Assembly: GCA_963845755.1 (NCBI GenBank)
Contig: CAWJTV010000034.1
Location: 544,001 to 608,000 of the forward strand
Direction: 5' to 3'
Length of the DNA stretch: 64,000 nucleotides
Source of the DNA: an uncultured Planctomycetota bacterium
Lineage (GTDB): Bacteria > Planctomycetota > Planctomycetia > Isosphaerales > Isosphaeraceae
Positions 12,416-27,782 of the stretch are shown here, piece after piece; within the stretch, counting starts at the first letter, position 1; every line of letters begins with the position of its first letter. The position numbers were made by a program, and so were the translations under genes. The notes beneath the pieces were generated by a model, which was not told where the DNA came from, did no database searches, and saw nothing but the letters and a program-made list of their open reading frames with translations.

Positions 12416-15217
12416 TCATGCGTTTACGGTCAATCCGCCCGACAGCAGGCTCGTGTTTCCGTTGCTGTTCGTGGCCGACGCCATGATGGTATGCTTGCCA
12501 CTCGACAGCGTGGGGGTAAACTTCCAGGCGCCGGACGCACTGGCCGACACGATGCCGAGGACAACATCGCCGTCAACGATCGTGACCAGGCTGCCGGCGG
12601 TCGCCTGGCCCGAGAGGGTCCCCGAGGAATAACGAGGCGTTGCCGCCGTCGGGGCCCCGGAACCACCGACCTGGATCTGGATAACCGGAGACGGCGAACT
12701 GTCGTTCCCCGATCCGTCCGTCGTGACCGCCGAGAAGGCGTAGATCCCGTTCGCGACCTTGGACGACGAGGGCACATAGCTGAAACTCCAGTTCCCTTGC
12801 CCGTTCACGCTCGCGGTTCCCACCGAGGAACCATTGAGGAGGACCTGCACGCTCTGGTTCGGCGTCGCGGTGCCGACGACCGACAACGACTGCTGGCTCG
12901 GAATGAGGACGATGCCGAGGAGACTGAGGCCGGCGCTGGTGGACAGGCTCACCCCGGCCATGGCGGGCTGATACATCGTCTCGACCGTCGCCTTGTACGG
13001 CGACGACCCGGTGCTCATATTGCCCGCAACGTCCTCCGCCTGCGCGGTGATGTTGTAGTTCCCGTCGGGCAGGGTGACCGCCATATCATTGAACGTCCAG
13101 GCGCCGTTCGTCCCCGCCATCGACGTGCCCAGGAACTCGCCGTTGAGCATGACGTCGATCAAGTCGCCCGCCTCGGCCGTCCCGGAGAACGTCAAGTTGT
13201 GTGCCGTGGTGACGCCGTCGTGGTTGCTGCTGGTGTCGGGGCTGATGCCGGTGATCACGGGTGCCGGCGGGGGCTGCGTGTCGATGACGACCGTCAAGGT
13301 CGAGGACGAGGCGCTGGTAGTGCCGGCGATGTCCATGGCGGTCGCCGTCACGTTGTACGTCCCGTCGGGCAATCCCGGAGAGGACGAGGTCGTACCACCC
13401 AGCAGGCCGACGACGTCTCCCAGCAGCGAACCGACGAGCCCAAGGAGACCCCCGACCAGATTCGAGGACTGACCCGAATTCGAGGACTGACCCGAATTCG
13501 AGGATTGCGTCGATTGACCGACCGTGTACGACCAGTGGCCGGAGATGTCGGCTTCTGTCGTCGCGAACGGCTGACTGCCGCCGTTGCTGTACAGGTTGAT
13601 GACGTCGAACGGCTCGGACGTGCCCGAGAACGTGGGCGTATTCACGTCGGTGACGCCGTCCGTACTGCTGAGTCCCGTGTCCGGCGTGATGTCGTTGAGC
13701 ACGGGGATTTGCGGCATGTGGGTGTCAATCGTCACCTCGTAAGAGTAAGAGAGCGGCGTCGTATACCCGGTCGGGTCGGTCGCCATCGCCGTGAAAAAGT
13801 AGATGCCATCGCTGAGCGTGGTCGCGGTGTTGTCGAAGGTCCACGTATCGGTGAGGAATGCCGTAGTCGTGCCGATCACATTGCCATCGCAGTAGAGCGT
13901 GATGACGTCATTCGAAGGCGCCGAACCGAAGAGCGAGATGTTTGGGACGTTGGTGATGCCGTCCTGATTGCTCACGCCATTGTCGGGCGTGATGCCGGTG
14001 ATGACCGGGCTGGCGATGCCGTACTCGAAGCTGCCCGAGTTGTCGGCCTGGCCGCCGCCGGTGTGCTCGGGAGTACCGTCGGCCTCCGCGATGATGGGCG
14101 AGGCCTGCGTGGGCGGGGTGGCCCCCTTGAAGTTCAGGCCCAGTGCATAGTCGCCCGTGCCCATCTGCGTCGTATCCGCCCCCTGAGCCAGGATGTAGAA
14201 TTTCTCGCCCGCAGTCACATTCGAGAGGCTCACCGTGAGCGTCGCGCCGAACTGTCCTTCGCCACTGGCGGTGGCCAGCACGGTCGAGCCGTTCGAGGCG
14301 TAGACCGTCACTTTGGGCGACAGCATGCTCAGGCCACTGCTCTGCATGTCGAGCTCGAGTGTGCTCCCCGCTCCGGAAGGAGCCGTAAAGGTGAAATACT
14401 CCGATTGGCCGGCGGTCGAGATGTCGAGGTTCGTTACGAGTGCCGTCAAGGTCGACGTGGAGATCGTCGAGTTGATCGACGCGGCCGTGCTCAGGGTACT
14501 GTTGGAAGCACCGCCCGTGTTGTAGGCGTCGGCAGTGCGCGGTCCATTGCCGCTGTAGATGGACCGGATCCCGGAGATGTCATCGCTGGCCAGGGCGGTC
14601 TTCCGTCCGGTGTAGGTACCGAACATCACCGCGTTGCTGACGCTGCTCTCGTTGAGCCCGAGCGCGTGGCCGAACTCGTGCATCGCCACGGTGTACAGGT
14701 CGTAAGTCGAATTGATGTTGAAGGTCTGGCCGGTGTTGAAGGTCATGTCGCCGGCGATCGAGAAGTTGTTGTCCTGCGGCGGCTGATAGGTCAGTGCCAG
14801 CGTGGAGCAGTTGAAGTTATAGCCGCCGATCCGGATATCGCCGAACCCGGAAGCGCCCTGCTCCTGTGGGCCCGATCCCGCCGGAGCGCCGTTATCCGGG
14901 ACGACCTCGAAGTTGATGTTCGTCTGCTGGGCCCAGACCTGGGCGGCCTGAAGGATGACGTTCTCCCACTTGCCGGCCAGCGTCGATTTGCTGTTGAACG
15001 TCGAGAAGAGATTGCTCGCGACCCCACCGCCCAGATTGGTCCCGTCCGGCATGAAGCTGATCGTGATAAGTTGCGGATTCGGCCAGACGCTGCCGGTGGC
15101 CGAGTACATGACAACGCGGGATTCCAGACCCTCGAGGACAGGACAGACCCGGTTCCGCCGCCGGACGGGAGTACGAGGTCTCCGGTCCTCGCGGGACGAC
15201 CGTCGAATTGAGATCAT
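12416..15217 (-). CDS. matrixin (M10)-like metalloprotease domain protein with Ig-like (Big_3/Big_13-type) repeats
   Basis: Leader RRRNRVCPVLEGLESRVVM; ITISFMPDGT, GDIRIGG, DLYTVAMHEFGHALGL and Met-turn AVM; repeats ITPDTG...DGVT..NTPTFSGT and LPDGTYNVTATAMDIAG. Confidence 0.82.
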   Translation of the reverse strand: MISIRRSSREDRRPRTPVRRRNRVCPVLEGLESRVVMYSATGSVWPNPQLITISFMPDGTNLGGGVASNLFSTFNSKSTLAGKWENVILQAAQVWAQQTNINFEVVPDNGAPAGSGPQEQGASGFGDIRIGGYNFNCSTLALTYQPPQDNNFSIAGDMTFNTGQTFNINSTYDLYTVAMHEFGHALGLNESSVSNAVMFGTYTGRKTALASDDISGIRSIYSGNGPRTADAYNTGGASNSTLSTAASINSTISTSTLTALVTNLDISTAGQSEYFTFTAPSGAGSTLELDMQSSGLSMLSPKVTVYASNGSTVLATASGEGQFGATLTVSLSNVTAGEKFYILAQGADTTQMGTGDYALGLNFKGATPPTQASPIIAEADGTPEHTGGGQADNSGSFEYGIASPVITGITPDNGVSNQDGITNVPNISLFGSAPSNDVITLYCDGNVIGTTTAFLTDTWTFDNTATTLSDGIYFFTAMATDPTGYTTPLSYSYEVTIDTHMPQIPVLNDITPDTGLSSTDGVTDVNTPTFSGTSEPFDVINLYSNGGSQPFATTEADISGHWSYTVGQSTQSSNSGQSSNSGQSSNLVGGLLGLVGSLLGDVVGLLGGTTSSSPGLPDGTYNVTATAMDIAGTTSASSSTLTVVIDTQPPPAPVITGISPDTSSNHDGVTTAHNLTFSGTAEAGDLIDVMLNGEFLGTSMAGTNGAWTFNDMAVTLPDGNYNITAQAEDVAGNMSTGSSPYKATVETMYQPAMAGVSLSTSAGLSLLGIVLIPSQQSLSVVGTATPNQSVQVLLNGSSVGTASVNGQGNWSFSYVPSSSKVANGIYAFSAVTTDGSGNDSSPSPVIQIQVGGSGAPTAATPRYSSGTLSGQATAGSLVTIVDGDVVLGIVSASASGAWKFTPTLSSGKHTIMASATNSNGNTSLLSGGLTVNA
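13461..13506. repeat. 18-bp in-frame tandem repeat encoding a QSSNSG linker
   Basis: ttcgaggactgacccgaa repeated about 2.5 times. Confidence 0.7.
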
Positions 15218-15455
15218 GAGCCGATTTTCCCGATTAAATTTCAATGGATGCGTTTCAGAGAATTCAAAAACGTTCGATCAACCAAGTGAAGTCTTCCGAG
15301 TCCGACGGGCCTACCATGGGACTGCGGCCGTTGAGAGATGGGCCGCTGAGCCCTTTCAGTTTTCATAGCTCGCGAGAAGGCGCTCGTCTGATCGTGTTGC
15401 ACGATTGCAACCGCGTGGTGAGGTGTCGCACCACGTCTTCCTCTGGGAAGCTGGC

Positions 15456-15700
15456 ATGACCGACGGCCCGGGACCGATCGATCTCCGCCCCAGGTCCGTC
15501 CCGGAGGGTTACGATCTCCTCGAGGTCCTCGGCCGCGGCGAAATGGGCGTGGTCCACGACCGGGGCGAGTGCAACGGCCTGCCCGCCTGCGCGATCGAGG
15601 GCCTCGGGGCGGACAACCTGAGACGACGGATTGGGCGCACTCCCTGGCCGGCGGTCGCGGCGGCGCAGGCCTTCGAGCGGGTGGAGTGCGAAGTCGCCGA
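15456..15700 (+). pseudogene. degenerate Ser/Thr kinase N-lobe remnant
   Basis: PEGYDLLEVLGRGEMGVVH resembles the kinase Gly loop (GYEIL..LGRGGMGVVY) and is joined directly to DRGECNGLPACAIEGLGADNLRRRIGRTPWP..AAA (subdomain IV-V-like); no VAxK or HRD. Confidence 0.55.
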
Positions 15701-15715
15701 GGCGGCGTCCGGCAT

Positions 15716-17126
15716 TTATCGATTTTGCGAGTTCTTGGCCGAATCAGCCTGGCTCTTGGAGAGGACTTCGAAGTTGCCGACCAGCACCCGCTCGGTGCCG
15801 TCGAAGGTCGGCCAGTCAACGGTGTTGGCCAGTGGGGGGTTCTTCGGGTCGCCGGGGACGTACTTGCGGAGGATCTCGGTATGGGTGTCGTCGGAGGGGC
15901 CGATGATGACCGCCACGCGGACCGGCTTATCGTCGATCTGGAGGAAGACGAAGTAGTCCTGACCGCCCTGGAACTGGATGGCATTCGAAGGGACGGTCCA
16001 GACCTGCTTACGGGCGATCGCGATGGTGACGGTTACGTACCAGCCGGGGTGGAGATATCCGTCGGCGTTGGAGATATCGATCTCGGTCTGGAGGGTGCGG
16101 GTGGACGGGTTGAGCGAGAAGCCGGAGCGGACGACCTTGCCCTCCCGCGTCGCGCCCGGGATCGCCTGGAAGCGGATGAGGGCCGTGTCGTGATCGTGGA
16201 CGAAGAAGGACGCCAACTCGGGGACCCCGACGAAGGCGCGGAGCGGGTCAGTTTGCTCGAGGACGAACAAGGGCCGGCCGTTGGTGCCGCCGCCGGGCTC
16301 GAGGTAGTCGCCCGGGCTGACGTTCCGCTGGGTGATCACCCCGTCATAAGGGGCCTTGATCTGGCCGTATTCGACGTTGACCCGGGCCTCGTGCTCGTTG
16401 GCCTTGGCGACGATCAGCGCAGAGCGCGCGGCCTCGAGATCGGCCCCGGCCCGGTCGAGATCGGCCGCCGCCTGGTCGCGCGCGGATTCCATCTCGGAAA
16501 CCATCGCGTTGGCCTGGTCGCGGGCCGCGATGGCTTCCTCGAACTGGCGATACGTCTCGTCGCGGACCTGCACGTCGAGGACGCGCTGGGTGACGAGCTG
16601 CTCGAGCCGTTTGTATTCCGACTCCCATCGCGTGTAACTGGCTTGCGACCGCTTCACCCCGGCCTCGGCCGATCGGATCCGGGCCTTGGCCGTCTCGAGC
16701 TTCGCCTGGGTGGCCCGTAGCGCCGCTCTGGGCCACTCCGATCTGGACCTCGGCGGATTTCACTTCCGCTGTTCGCTGGGCGAGGTGCGCGTCCAGGTCG
16801 GGGATCCACATGTCGATCAGGACATCGCCTGCCTTGACGCGGTCGCCGATGTTGTACCGGTACTTCTGGACGTAGCCGGCGATTCGCGAGTAGATCGGGG
16901 TCACCTCGAACGCCTGGAGCGTCCCCGGCTGGACGACCATCCAGCGGATGTCGCGCTTCTCGGGCCGCACGACCTGAATCCCGGCGGTCTTCCCGGCCTC
17001 ACTCCTGGCCGTCGCGCCTTTCTCTCCGGGCGAACGGTCGGAATGCTGGCAGCCGACTGCCAGGAGCAGGCTCAGGGAGATGAGCGCCAGGGCCGGACCT
17101 TGTCTGGAGAAATCGCCGTTGCCCAA
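15716..17126 (-). CDS. RND efflux periplasmic adaptor (lipoprotein), frameshift near 16720
   Basis: Lipobox LLLAVGC; PGTLQAFEVTPIYSRIAGYVQK...GDRVKAGDVL; IKAPYDGVITQRNVSPGD; TRTLQTEIDISNADGYLHPG. Confidence 0.88.
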
Positions 17127-17130
17127 CTTG

Positions 17131-17334
17131 CGGATTCGAGATTTCGGATTCGAGATTCCCGATGAGGACGATTGAGGGATCTGGGATCTCGAATCCGGAA
17201 TCGGGGATCTCGAATCCGGAATCCCTTGCGGGATCGGAAGTCTCGAATCCGGAATCGGGGATCTCGAATCCGGAATCCCTTGCGGGATCGGAAGTCTCGA
17301 ATCCGGAATCGGGGATCTCGAATCCGGAATCCCT
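17131..17334. repeat. heptamer-based element: a 40-bp core repeated three times at 54-bp period, plus an inverted left arm
   Basis: tctcgaatccggaatcggggatctcgaatccggaatccct at 17187, 17241 and 17295, separated by an identical 14-bp linker; complementary arm cggattcgagatttcggattcgagattccc at 17131-17160. Confidence 0.9.
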
Positions 17335-17356
17335 CCTCGGTTCGCCGAAGACCGCG

Positions 17357-20300
17357 TCAGGGCTCATCGGCAGGTTCCTGGTGGATGGGGTCATAGTGGG
17401 TACTCTGCGGGTCGTCCGGGTCGAGCGAGGGGGATTGATTGGAGGCGCGGCCGAGCAAGAGGGCGAAGACGGCCGGCAGGACCAGTAGCGTGGCGAAGGT
17501 CGCCAGGGCCATGCCGCCGATCACGGCCCGGGCGAGTGGGGCGTTCTGCTCGCTCCCCTCTTCCAGGCCCAGCGACATCGGGATCATCCCGGCGATCATC
17601 GCACAGCCGGTCATGATGATCGGCCTGAGCCGCCCCTTGGCCGCGGTGATGACGGCACGGTCGGCCGGCATCCCCTCCTCGCGGCGATGACGGTCGCCGA
17701 AGCTGACCAGCATGATCGCGTTGGAGACCGCCACGCCGACGGCCATGATCGCGCCCATGAACGACTCGATGTTCAACGTCGTTCGCGTGATCCAGAGCGC
17801 CAACTCCACGCCGCACAGGACCGCCGGCACCGAGGCCACGGCCGTGATGGCCAGCAGGGGGGCCTGGAAGTAGGCCGTCAGCATGATCAGGATCACGATC
17901 ACGGCGACGAGCAGGCCGATCCCCAGCGACTGGAACATCTCTCGCATCGGCCGGACCTGTCCGCGCAGCTCGACCTCGATCCCGCGGGGGGGCTCGCCGG
18001 CGCGTCGGATCGCCGCATCGAGCCGGTCGATCACGCGGCCGAGGTCCTCTCCCTCGATGTTGGCCGTCAAGCTCAGGTCAGCGCCTCATGTTGTAGCGGT
18101 CAACCTCGCCGGGCATCTCGCTCCGCATGACGCGGGCGACGTCGCGGATCAGCAAGGGGGGAGTCGGGTTGGATGGGGAGTCGGTCACTTTCGCCGCCTG
18201 CCGGCGATTGGCCGTCGTGGTCAGGGGCACGAGCTCGACGTCGGTCGCCTCGGTCATCTTCGGCTGCGGGACCTGCACCTGGACCTGGTAGGAATTGCCG
18301 CTGACCTCGTCGCGCCAGTAGATTCGCGTGGTGTAACGGCTGGAGTAGGTGGCCGCGATCAGCGATTGGCCGACATCGCGGGCCGTCACCTCACTGAGGC
18401 CGGCCCGCTGCCGGTCGAGGATGACCTGGACGGTCGGGTAGTGGAGCGATTGCTGGATCTGCACGTCGCGGAGCGAGCCAATCCCATCGAACTCCGCGCG
18501 GAGCTTGTCCATGAAGTTGCTGGAGTCGGCCATGTTCCGACCGCTCACAACGACCTCCACCGGCGCAGGGGCGCCCAGGCTCATGGTCTCGGAGATCAGG
18601 TCGCCCGGCTCGAACGCGAAGATCATATCGGCGACCCGGCGGTCGGCTTGCTCGCGGTTGAGTCCCAGGAGCCGCAGCTCCTGACGGAACCAGGGGCCGA
18701 CCTTCTCGGGCAAGGCTTTCCGCAACCGCTCCTGGAGCTCGAAGATATCGACTCCGCTCCCCTCGCGGAGACCGACGCGGAGCAGGCTGTCGTCGGATCC
18801 GCGGCTCCAAAGATAGGCCATGTTGATGGTGAACTGCGGCGGGTTCGCCCCGGCGTAGCCCATGGTGACGTCGATGTTGTCGGGCCCCGCCTCCTCGGCG
18901 ATCACCTCGAGCGTCTTCTGCGCCACCTTGGCGGTCAGCTCGAAGTGGGTCCCCTGGGGCGGCCGGACGCGGAGCTGGAACTGTCCGGTATCGACCCTGG
19001 GGAAGAGCTCGCGGCCCAGATGTCCCCAGATGACGACGACCGCGGTTCCGGTGGCCAGAAGGTAGGCCAGCACGACCACAAAGCGATGCGCCACCGTCCA
19101 TTCGACGACTCGCTCGAATCGGTTCTGAATCCGCGTGAAGAACCCCGGCTTCGCCTCAGTCCCGTTTCCGTGGCCGTGCGTCCCGGGCCGGTTCGCCAGC
19201 AGCCAGACGCTCATCACCGGCACGAAGGTGCTGGAGAGCAGGTATGAGGTGATCATCGCCCCGCCGACGGCCAGTGACAGCGGCACGAACAGCGAGCGCA
19301 CCGCCCCCTTCATGATGAACGACGGGATGAACACCGAGAGGATGCACAACAGGGCCAGCAGCCGCGGGACCGCCGTCTCCATGTTCCCTTGCCGCACGGC
19401 GCGCGACATCGACGGCGTGTGCTCCATCTGGGTGTGAATGTTCTCGATCTCGACCGTCGCCTCGTCGACCAGGATGCCGATGGCGAGCGCCAGGCCGCCC
19501 AGGGTCATGATGTTGATCGTGTTGCCCGTCAGGTCCAGGATGACGATCGACCCCAGGAGGGCCAGCGGGATGTTCAGCACGACGACGATCACCGCCCGCA
19601 GGTCGCGGAGGAACAGCAGCACCATCAGTCCGGTCAGGCCGGCACCCAGCGCCCCCTCGACGCCGACGCTCTCGATGGCACGATAGACGATCGGCGACTC
19701 GTCGAACTGGTAGGAGACCTTCACGTCGTCGGGCATGGCGGCCTGGAACCGCGGCAGGTTTTGCTTGACCGCGTCGACGACCGTCAGCGTCGAGGCACTG
19801 GCCTGCTTGACCACGGGCAGATAGACCGACTTGCGGCCATTGACCAGCGCATAACCGACCGGGATATCGGTCGAGTCGGCCACGGTGCCGACATCGCGGA
19901 TATAGACGTTCTCCCCGAGCTTGAGCGGGACGTTCCGCAGCTCTTGCGGGTCAACGACCAGGGTATTGGCCGGCACGATCGTCATCTGATCCTTGATCGT
20001 GACGTTGCCGGAGGGGCTGATAAAGTTGCCGCGTTCGATGGCATCGACGACGTCCTGGGGCGAGAGGTTGTAGGAGCGGAGGCGGTCGGGGTCCACGTTG
20101 ACGACGATCGTCCGGATGTTGCCGCCGAACGGCGGCGGCGACGAGATGCCTGCCAGTCCGGAGAACATCGGCCGGACCCGGTACAGGGCCAGGTCCTGCA
20201 TTTCGCCGACCGAACGGCTCGGGCTCTCGAAGACCAGGTAGCCGACCGGCAGGCTGCCCGCGTCAAGCCGGACCACATAGGGCGGCAGTGACCCGACCGG

Positions 20301-20657
20301 CATGATCGAGAGGGCACGGTTGCAGTAGGCGACCGTCTGGGCCGTCGCCTCGGCCATGTCGGTCCCGGGCTGGAAGAACAGCTTGAGCATCACCATGCTC
20401 TGGATCGACCGGGATTCCACGTGCTCCACGCTGTTGATGTACTGGAAGAACAATTCGTACTGGTTGGTGATCAGGCCCTCGATCTGCTTCGGATCCATCC
20501 CGCCATAGTTGTGGATGACGTAGAGCTGCGGCTGGTTGAGCGACGGAAAGATGTCCTTCTGCATCCGGAAGATGCTGAAGAGGCCGCCCAGGCCCAGGGC
20601 CAGTACCAGCATCATCACAGTGATCGGCCGGCGCAGTGCGAAGACGATGGGGTTCAT
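17357..20657 (-). CDS. RND efflux permease (AcrB/CzcA-like); single-base frameshift near 18080
   Basis: MNPIVFALRRPITVMML...DIFPSLNQP; INIMTLGGLALAIGILVDEATVEIENI; RLRPIIMT..AMIAGMIPM..APLARAVIGG; removing one base restores MRR-YLSLTANIEG. Confidence 0.92.
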
Positions 20658-20795
20658 AAGTGATTCGCTTGCCTTGCAGACAGATCATTCATGCTGGCGT
20701 GGATACGCCACGCGAAGTCGCGTTGACACACGAAGGATACGCAGGTCCGACGGAAGAGTCCATGTGCGTATTTGGACTCGGTGCGTGCCGTCACG

Positions 20796-22433
20796 TCAAC
20801 GTGTCGGCGGTGTGGCCGGACTCGCGCCCGCGTTCGAGTCCGCGAGGGGTGCGTGGCCCTGGGCAGCTTGCGAGGTCAACCACTGCGCCGGTTGGCCGAG
20901 TGCTCGGTAGAGGTCGAACTGGGCGGTGTTGTATTCGCCGATGGCGAACGCGTATTGCTCGTAGGCGCCCTCGAGTGCAATGATCGCGGCGACGACCTCC
21001 TGGGGGCGGACGATCAGGCGGAGCAGCTCGCCGGCGGGCCGGGCCGTCTCGCGCAGGCCGATGAAGTTCTTGTCGGCCGATTCGATCGCCTGGCGAACGC
21101 CTTCTTCGGTCTCGACCACCCGGAGGCGGGCTGTCTGGAGCCGGGCGACGGCCTGTGTCACCTCGGACTTGACCCGGAAGACGGTCCGGGTGAACGTGAT
21201 CGACGCCAGGTCTTTCTCGGCCCGGCGCTGGCGGATCAGCCCCATATTGCCGATCCCGCCGTTGCGGAGCTGCCAGACCGCAGAGAGCTCGACATTGAAC
21301 GCCGAGCCGTTGCTGTTCAGCAGGCCATTCGGGCCGGCGGAGAGGTTGCCGGCGGCGAGCTGACCGGTCGCCGAGGTCGGGCTGATGACGTAGACCTCGG
21401 GCAGGAACGGACGATGCGTCTCCCGGCGGAGGAGCTGCTCGGCCGCGGCGACGAGCTCGCGCTGCGAGGCGATCTCGGGGCGATTGTGCACGGCGACCGG
21501 CACCAGCTCCTCAAGCGTCTGATCGCACGGTACGAGCGTGACCTGGAGGAACGGAGGCTCGATCGGTTCCAGCAGAGTGGACGGCTCGAGCAGCAGGATT
21601 TCGGCCAGTTGGGCGCTGGCCACCCGCCAGTCGCGGATCGCGACCTGCTGGGTCTGACGCAGGCTCTGGAGCTCGGTCTGCGCCCGATTGATCTCCAGTG
21701 GAGCGATCAAGCTCGGGGCCAGCCCCTTGGTGAAGTTCACCAGCAGTTCGGCGCGGTCGATCGAGGCCCCGGCACCAAGCAGCCGCCCGCGCGCCGCCTG
21801 GAGGTTGAAGAACGCCTGCGAGACCTGAAGCAAGACGTCGTTCCGCGCCGTCTGCAGATCGGCCCGTCGCGACTCGACCACCCGCCGCGCCGCCAGAGGA
21901 GAGAAGATGGCGTCGGTGAGCCCAACGTTCAGGAACGGACCGCCTCCGACGAAGAACGACTGACGCCCCTTGCGGAAGTTCTCGCCGCTGAAGATGTTCT
22001 GCTGCACGCCGTCATGCCGGAAATAATCGACGCCGGCATTGACGTTCGGAATCCACAATGCCTTGGCCTGGAGATGCAAGGCCAGGGCCTGCTGGAGAAA
22101 GGCCGTCGCCGCGGCGATGTCGAGCGGCCGGAGTCCGGCCAGGGACATCGCGGTCGCGAGGTTGATCGGCAAGCCGCTCGGGACGTGGGCGTCCATCCCA
22201 CCGCGCGACAGGCCGGCCCCCGCGGGGCCGGGAATGGGCCGCGGCGCCGCCGGTACCGGCATCATTCTCTCCACCGCGCCGAGCTCCGACCGCTGATCTC
22301 CTGCACTCGGCGGAGAGACCCGCTCATCCAGCGCGGGCGGGAGAGGACCCGGCTGCGCATGAGCCTCCGGACCCAGCAGCATGGCACCCAACGTCAACGG
22401 CAACAGCCAGCGGCGATGGCGTCTCCGACGCAT
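20796..22433 (-). CDS. TolC-family outer membrane efflux protein
   Basis: Signal peptide, PINLATAMSLA, DAIFSPLAARR, helical repeats and YNTAQFDLYRALG; first gene of the RND operon. Confidence 0.85.
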   Translation of the reverse strand: MRRRRHRRWLLPLTLGAMLLGPEAHAQPGPLPPALDERVSPPSAGDQRSELGAVERMMPVPAAPRPIPGPAGAGLSRGGMDAHVPSGLPINLATAMSLAGLRPLDIAAATAFLQQALALHLQAKALWIPNVNAGVDYFRHDGVQQNIFSGENFRKGRQSFFVGGGPFLNVGLTDAIFSPLAARRVVESRRADLQTARNDVLLQVSQAFFNLQAARGRLLGAGASIDRAELLVNFTKGLAPSLIAPLEINRAQTELQSLRQTQQVAIRDWRVASAQLAEILLLEPSTLLEPIEPPFLQVTLVPCDQTLEELVPVAVHNRPEIASQRELVAAAEQLLRRETHRPFLPEVYVISPTSATGQLAAGNLSAGPNGLLNSNGSAFNVELSAVWQLRNGGIGNMGLIRQRRAEKDLASITFTRTVFRVKSEVTQAVARLQTARLRVVETEEGVRQAIESADKNFIGLRETARPAGELLRLIVRPQEVVAAIIALEGAYEQYAFAIGEYNTAQFDLYRALGQPAQWLTSQAAQGHAPLADSNAGASPATPPTR

Positions 22434-22807
22434 GGGCGCCTCTCTATCCTGGAGCCCGAAGAGTTCTCAAGACCGGGCGGACCCTGCCGAGAAGGGCCCG
22501 CACCTCGGGACCTGGCTCTTCGCTGTAGACCGGACACACACTCACACACGGACTGACGCCAATCGTCCAAGGATCTCCCAGTTCCCTCCCCGTTCGCAAG
22601 AACCGGAGTCGTCGGCATCATCGATAGGATTATCGACCAGAGGAACAGCCTTACCATGAGGGAAACTCGCCCCAATTCCCTGAAGGTTCGAGAGTGGCCT
22701 TCGCGGCGGGATCACTTCCCAAGTCTCCAGTACCGAGCGTTGAGCCTTACGTCCGCTGATCTTGCGACTGCCGCCCGCGACATGCTCGGCGCCGGGCCAC
22801 ACTCCCA

Positions 22808-23040
22808 ATTTAGATGAACATATTTATATTTATCGTATTAATGGTCATCTGCGGCCTCAAATCGGCCGGATACGCCCGACCGGGAGCACCAGCTCGTTCC
22901 GTTCGAAAATAGATCGATGCATAGATGGTTGGTGGCGAACCCGTGCTCGGGAAAGTGAATCAGGAATCTTGAAAAAAATGCCCCGAGCAAGAAGAATTTC
23001 CTTGGAAATGGTTCAAGTCTTGCGTAGGATGATAAGATGC
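22808..23040. promoter_or_regulatory. AT-rich divergent promoter region between tolC and rpoC
   Basis: ttagatgaacatatttatatttatcgtattaatgg and other AT-rich tracts within GC-rich DNA; exact -35/-10 elements not assigned. Confidence 0.35.
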
Positions 23041-23440
23041 GATTTTATCGGAAGGCGAGCTGGCAAGATGGAGGCAGCGAGGTTGCCGCCGCTGTCGCGC
23101 TTCTGGCGCTGCTGGGAACAAGAAAGACATCCGGGAGCCCGGTCAAGGAGGATGCCGGTTGGACGATTGGGGTCTGGGACGACCTGTTTTCGACCGCGAC
23201 AATCCTCATGGCGTGTCCGGAGGATTGCCCGCGGACTTTTTTCGTCAACATCTTGCGAACCGGCTCGGGATCGATCCGTGATCGGCTGATACAACCGGAC
23301 GCATTGATGATGCAACGTGATGTGAGCGGACACACCGGGCGGCCATTCTGAATCCGTCGGGATGGGGAAGACCGCCGCTTTCACCCACCAACCACCCCCC
23401 CACTTCGGCACGGCCAGGGACGTGCAGAGGAGAGTGTCTC

Positions 23441-27697
<4,257 letters not shown>

Positions 27698-27730
27698 TCC
27701 CCAGTCCCGACAGCTCGTGAGTTTACTCTC

Positions 27731-27774
27731 GACCGGCCTGGCTCCTCTCCGGGAGCGCAGGCCGGTCTGATTTC
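27731..27774 (+). terminator. putative intrinsic terminator/hairpin between convergent rpoC and glycosyltransferase
   Basis: Stem gaccggcctg (27731-27740) / caggccggtc (27758-27767) with inner gctcc/ggagc pairing; weak U-tract tgatttc. Confidence 0.55.
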
Positions 27775-27782
27775 ACCAAGGA

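Noticed and set aside
11894..15211. 1105-aa plus-strand ORF (and similar long antisense ORFs such as 10369-12078, 20772-22556, 60652-62520)
   Set aside because: Arg/Gly-rich shadow frames opposite well-supported genes, as expected in high-GC DNA.
17187..17334. CRISPR array (40-bp repeat x3)
   Set aside because: The spacers are only 14 bp and identical, the repeat is itself built from heptamers, and there are no cas genes in the window.
16999..17488. Repeat-protein ORFs (DSGFEIP / SNPESGI repeats)
   Set aside because: They are translations of the non-coding heptamer DNA repeat, which is open in several frames.
23037..23351. CDS or rpoB remnant upstream of rpoC
   Set aside because: No recognisable motif or RpoB similarity; overlapping ORFs of similar length exist in several frames.
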